Positions 61,461 to 64,000 of a DNA stretch of 64,000 nucleotides are shown here, one piece after another. Made by a program: the position numbers and the translations under genes. Source of the DNA: an uncultured delta proteobacterium (lineage in GTDB: Bacteria; Myxococcota_A; Polyangia; Polyangiales; Polyangiaceae); assembly GCA_963806225.1 (NCBI GenBank), contig CAWDXG010000004.1, positions 1,600,001-1,664,000 on the forward strand. Direction: 5' to 3'. Under the pieces are notes generated by a model, which searched no databases, was not told the DNA's origin, and saw only the letters and a program-made list of their open reading frames with translations. Positions within the stretch are counted from its first letter, which is position 1; the number at the start of each line of letters is the position of its first letter.

Positions 61461-64000
61461 GTGCCTCTGGGTTCCTCGGAGCTGTACGAGCTGTTCCTGG
61501 CGCTCGCTCCGTCGCGCATCGACGCGGCGCGCGGCGCGCTGGAACAGCCAGACGCGGCAGAGCGATCCGCGGAGCTCACGGCAGCCCTGGTGCCACTGAT
61601 CGTGGACGCCGCGCTGCTCGGCGCGGAGGGAGTGAGCGAGCTGGCCCGCGCCGTCGTCGAGAGCCGCAGCGCACCTGTGGGGGAGCTGGGTGCGGCGCTC
61701 GACGCACTGCAGGCCGCCGCCGCCCAGCTGGGCGAACACGACGCTTCGGGCGCGCGCGTGGACGAGTCGGAGCTCCGGGCGCTGGCCGGGCGCCTGCGCG
61801 ACGCCCGTGTCGCGGGGGAAGCGGAAGCACCCCCTCTGGAGCGCGAGCCTGCCGCTCCGGCGCCGGAGCAGCAACTGGCGCCCGACGAGGACGACGAATC
61901 GCGCTGGGTGCCCGAGCTCGCCGAGGACATGATCGCCGCGTTCCTCGACGAGTGCGTGGAGCGCCTCGACGGGCTCTCCGAGCGGCTGCTGATTCTCGAG
62001 GAGCGGGGACAGGATCCCGAGCTGGTCGGCGAGATCTTCCGCGATCTGCACACGCTCAAGGGCTCCAGCGCGTTTGCAGGGCTCAAGAAGATGAACCGGG
62101 TGGCGCACCTCGCCGAGGATCGCATCGGGGAGCTGCGCGACGGCAGCCGCAGCTCCGACCGCGCGCTCATCGATGTGCTGCTGGCAACGCTCGACGTACT
62201 GCGGGCGATCGTGGACCGCGCCCGCGCGCGTCAGCCCATCGACGTGGACGTGCGGCCGATCCTGGCGCGGCTCGCGGACCCATCCGCTCCGCCTCCCGCA
62301 GCGGCGGCGCCCGCCCGCATGGAGACCCAGGCCCTGGCACCCTCCACGGGTGCAGCGGCTCCAGACAAGCACGCGACCGGCGGCGCCGCGCCGCGCGCCG
62401 CAAGCCCGGTCACCTCGTCACAGGGGACGCTGCGCATCGACTTCGGCAAGGTCGATCAACTCATGAACCTTGTCGGCGAGACGGTGCTCGCCCGCGGGCG
62501 GCTGGCAGCGGCCGCCGAGGTGCAGGGCGCGCTTTTGCGCGAGGTGGCGCAGCTCCGCAAGAAGTTCGCGGCGGCGGTGGGCAGCGACGTGCAGAAGCCG
62601 GCGACCTCGCAGCACGGCGCCGGAGCGCTCGTCGACGAGCTGCAGCGCACGGAGCGGGTCCTGTCGGAAACCTACGGGGATCTCGACAGCGGTCTGGGCA
62701 GCCTGGGCCTGGCCGTAGGGCAGCTGCGCGACACGGTGATGAAGCTCCGCATGGTGCCCATCGCCCGGCTCTTCACCAAGTACCAGCGCACCGTGCGCGA
62801 GCTCAGCCACAAGCTCGACAAGGAAATCCACGTGGAGCTCGTGGGCGCCGAGACCGAGCTCGACAAGGTGCTCGTCGAACGCCTCGAGGATCCGCTGCTG
62901 CATCTGGTCCGCAACTCGGTCGACCACGGCATCGAGAGCCCCGACGTCAGGGAGGCGGCCGGCAAGCCGCGCACCGGCCTGGTGCGTCTGTCGGCGGGTC
63001 AGCGCGGCGGCCAGATCCTGGTCACGATCGAAGACGACGGCGCCGGCATGAACCCCAGAGCCCTGCGCGCCAAGGCCATCGAGAAGGGCGTCCTCACGGA
63101 GCAGGAAGCGGAAGCGATGAGCGACGCCGAGAGCCTGCAGCTGATCTTCCGCGCGGGTTTCTCGACGGCCCAGCAGATTTCCGACGTGTCGGGGCGCGGG
63201 GTCGGCATGGACGTGGTCCGCGACACCATCCAGAAGCTCAAGGGCAGCATCCATCTGGAATCCACCCCCGGACGCGGCACGACGATGGAGCTGCGCCTGC
63301 CGCTGACGCTCGCCATCACGCAGGTGCTTGCGGCGCGGGTGGGCGGCGAGCTGGTCGCGATCCCGCTCGACGCGGTCGTCAGTGCCCAGTCAATCGACGC
63401 ACAACAACTCGAGTCGGTGGCGGACGGGGTTTGTCTTCGTGTGGGCGAGCAGCTGGTTCCGGTGGTGGATCTGGGCCAGACGCTGGGGCTGGCCGAGGAG
63501 GTCGCTCTCGGCGACGCCCAGGGCGCCGCGGTGATCATCGTGGACGTCGCCACGGACCGGCTCGGCCTGCTCGTGCAGCAGGTGCTCGGCCGTCACGAGG
63601 TCGTCATCAAGTCGCTGGGGCCGCTGCTGGCCGAGGCGCCCTGCGCCGCGGGCGCGACCTTGGTCGGCGATCGCGTGCTGCTCGTTGTAGACCTGTCCGA
63701 GGTCGCGCAGCTCTCGCGCGAGCCCGGTAGAGCACGCGAACTGGTTCCGCGCTCGCGGCCGCGGGCCGCGAGCCGGGCGCGGGTGCTGATCGCCGAGGAC
63801 AGCGACGTGATCCGCGAAACCATCAAACGCGAGCTGACGAGTGCAGGCTTCGATGTCGTGGCGGCGGCCGACGGGCGCGAGGCGCTGGAGCTCGCCAGAA
63901 GCGGGACTTTCGATGCGATCTCCACCGACGTGATGATGCCGGGCATGGACGGCTACGAGCTGACGCGCGCGCTGCGCAGCGATCCCCGCTACCGGGAGAT
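61461..64000 (+). CDS. cheA: Hybrid chemosensory kinase CheA (Hpt, dimerisation, HATPase, CheW, receiver), runs off window
   Basis: HTLKGS, LMNLVGE, HLVRNSVDHGIE, EDDGAG, SGRGVGMDVV, LPLTLAI, AEDS..DVMMPGMDG. Confidence 0.93.
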   Translation, partial: MPLGSSELYELFLALAPSRIDAARGALEQPDAAERSAELTAALVPLIVDAALLGAEGVSELARAVVESRSAPVGELGAALDALQAAAAQLGEHDASGARVDESELRALAGRLRDARVAGEAEAPPLEREPAAPAPEQQLAPDEDDESRWVPELAEDMIAAFLDECVERLDGLSERLLILEERGQDPELVGEIFRDLHTLKGSSAFAGLKKMNRVAHLAEDRIGELRDGSRSSDRALIDVLLATLDVLRAIVDRARARQPIDVDVRPILARLADPSAPPPAAAAPARMETQALAPSTGAAAPDKHATGGAAPRAASPVTSSQGTLRIDFGKVDQLMNLVGETVLARGRLAAAAEVQGALLREVAQLRKKFAAAVGSDVQKPATSQHGAGALVDELQRTERVLSETYGDLDSGLGSLGLAVGQLRDTVMKLRMVPIARLFTKYQRTVRELSHKLDKEIHVELVGAETELDKVLVERLEDPLLHLVRNSVDHGIESPDVREAAGKPRTGLVRLSAGQRGGQILVTIEDDGAGMNPRALRAKAIEKGVLTEQEAEAMSDAESLQLIFRAGFSTAQQISDVSGRGVGMDVVRDTIQKLKGSIHLESTPGRGTTMELRLPLTLAITQVLAARVGGELVAIPLDAVVSAQSIDAQQLESVADGVCLRVGEQLVPVVDLGQTLGLAEEVALGDAQGAAVIIVDVATDRLGLLVQQVLGRHEVVIKSLGPLLAEAPCAAGATLVGDRVLLVVDLSEVAQLSREPGRARELVPRSRPRAASRARVLIAEDSDVIRETIKRELTSAGFDVVAAADGREALELARSGTFDAISTDVMMPGMDGYELTRALRSDPRYRE

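Overview
A very GC-rich bacterial window. Its gene style (Gly/Cys-rich lipoproteins, Hanks-type kinases, hybrid CheA) fits Myxococcota/Polyangia; this is inference. It holds about 60 genes, mostly metabolic, envelope and lipoprotein genes. Several carry frameshifts that look like long-read indel errors. Highlights: (1) A MerB (organomercurial lyase)-like gene at 30779-31576 (-) has in-frame TGA at the positions of BOTH catalytic cysteines. Each TGA is followed by a SECIS-like hairpin, so this is a candidate two-selenocysteine MerB with no mer operon nearby. The ORF track splits it. (2) A nine-gene, tightly coupled second FAS-II operon has its own PPTase, an atypical 'NSA' ACP, both FabA and FabZ, and an acyltransferase (18603-25483). 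(3) A cobalamin riboswitch precedes a surface lipoprotein and a TonB-dependent receptor. (4) A 3.8-kb integrase-less island sits in tRNA-Thr(CGT), bounded by a 20-bp direct repeat. (5) A small lipoprotein has a beta-defensin-like cysteine spacing. No database searches were run; calls rest on motifs read from the sequence.
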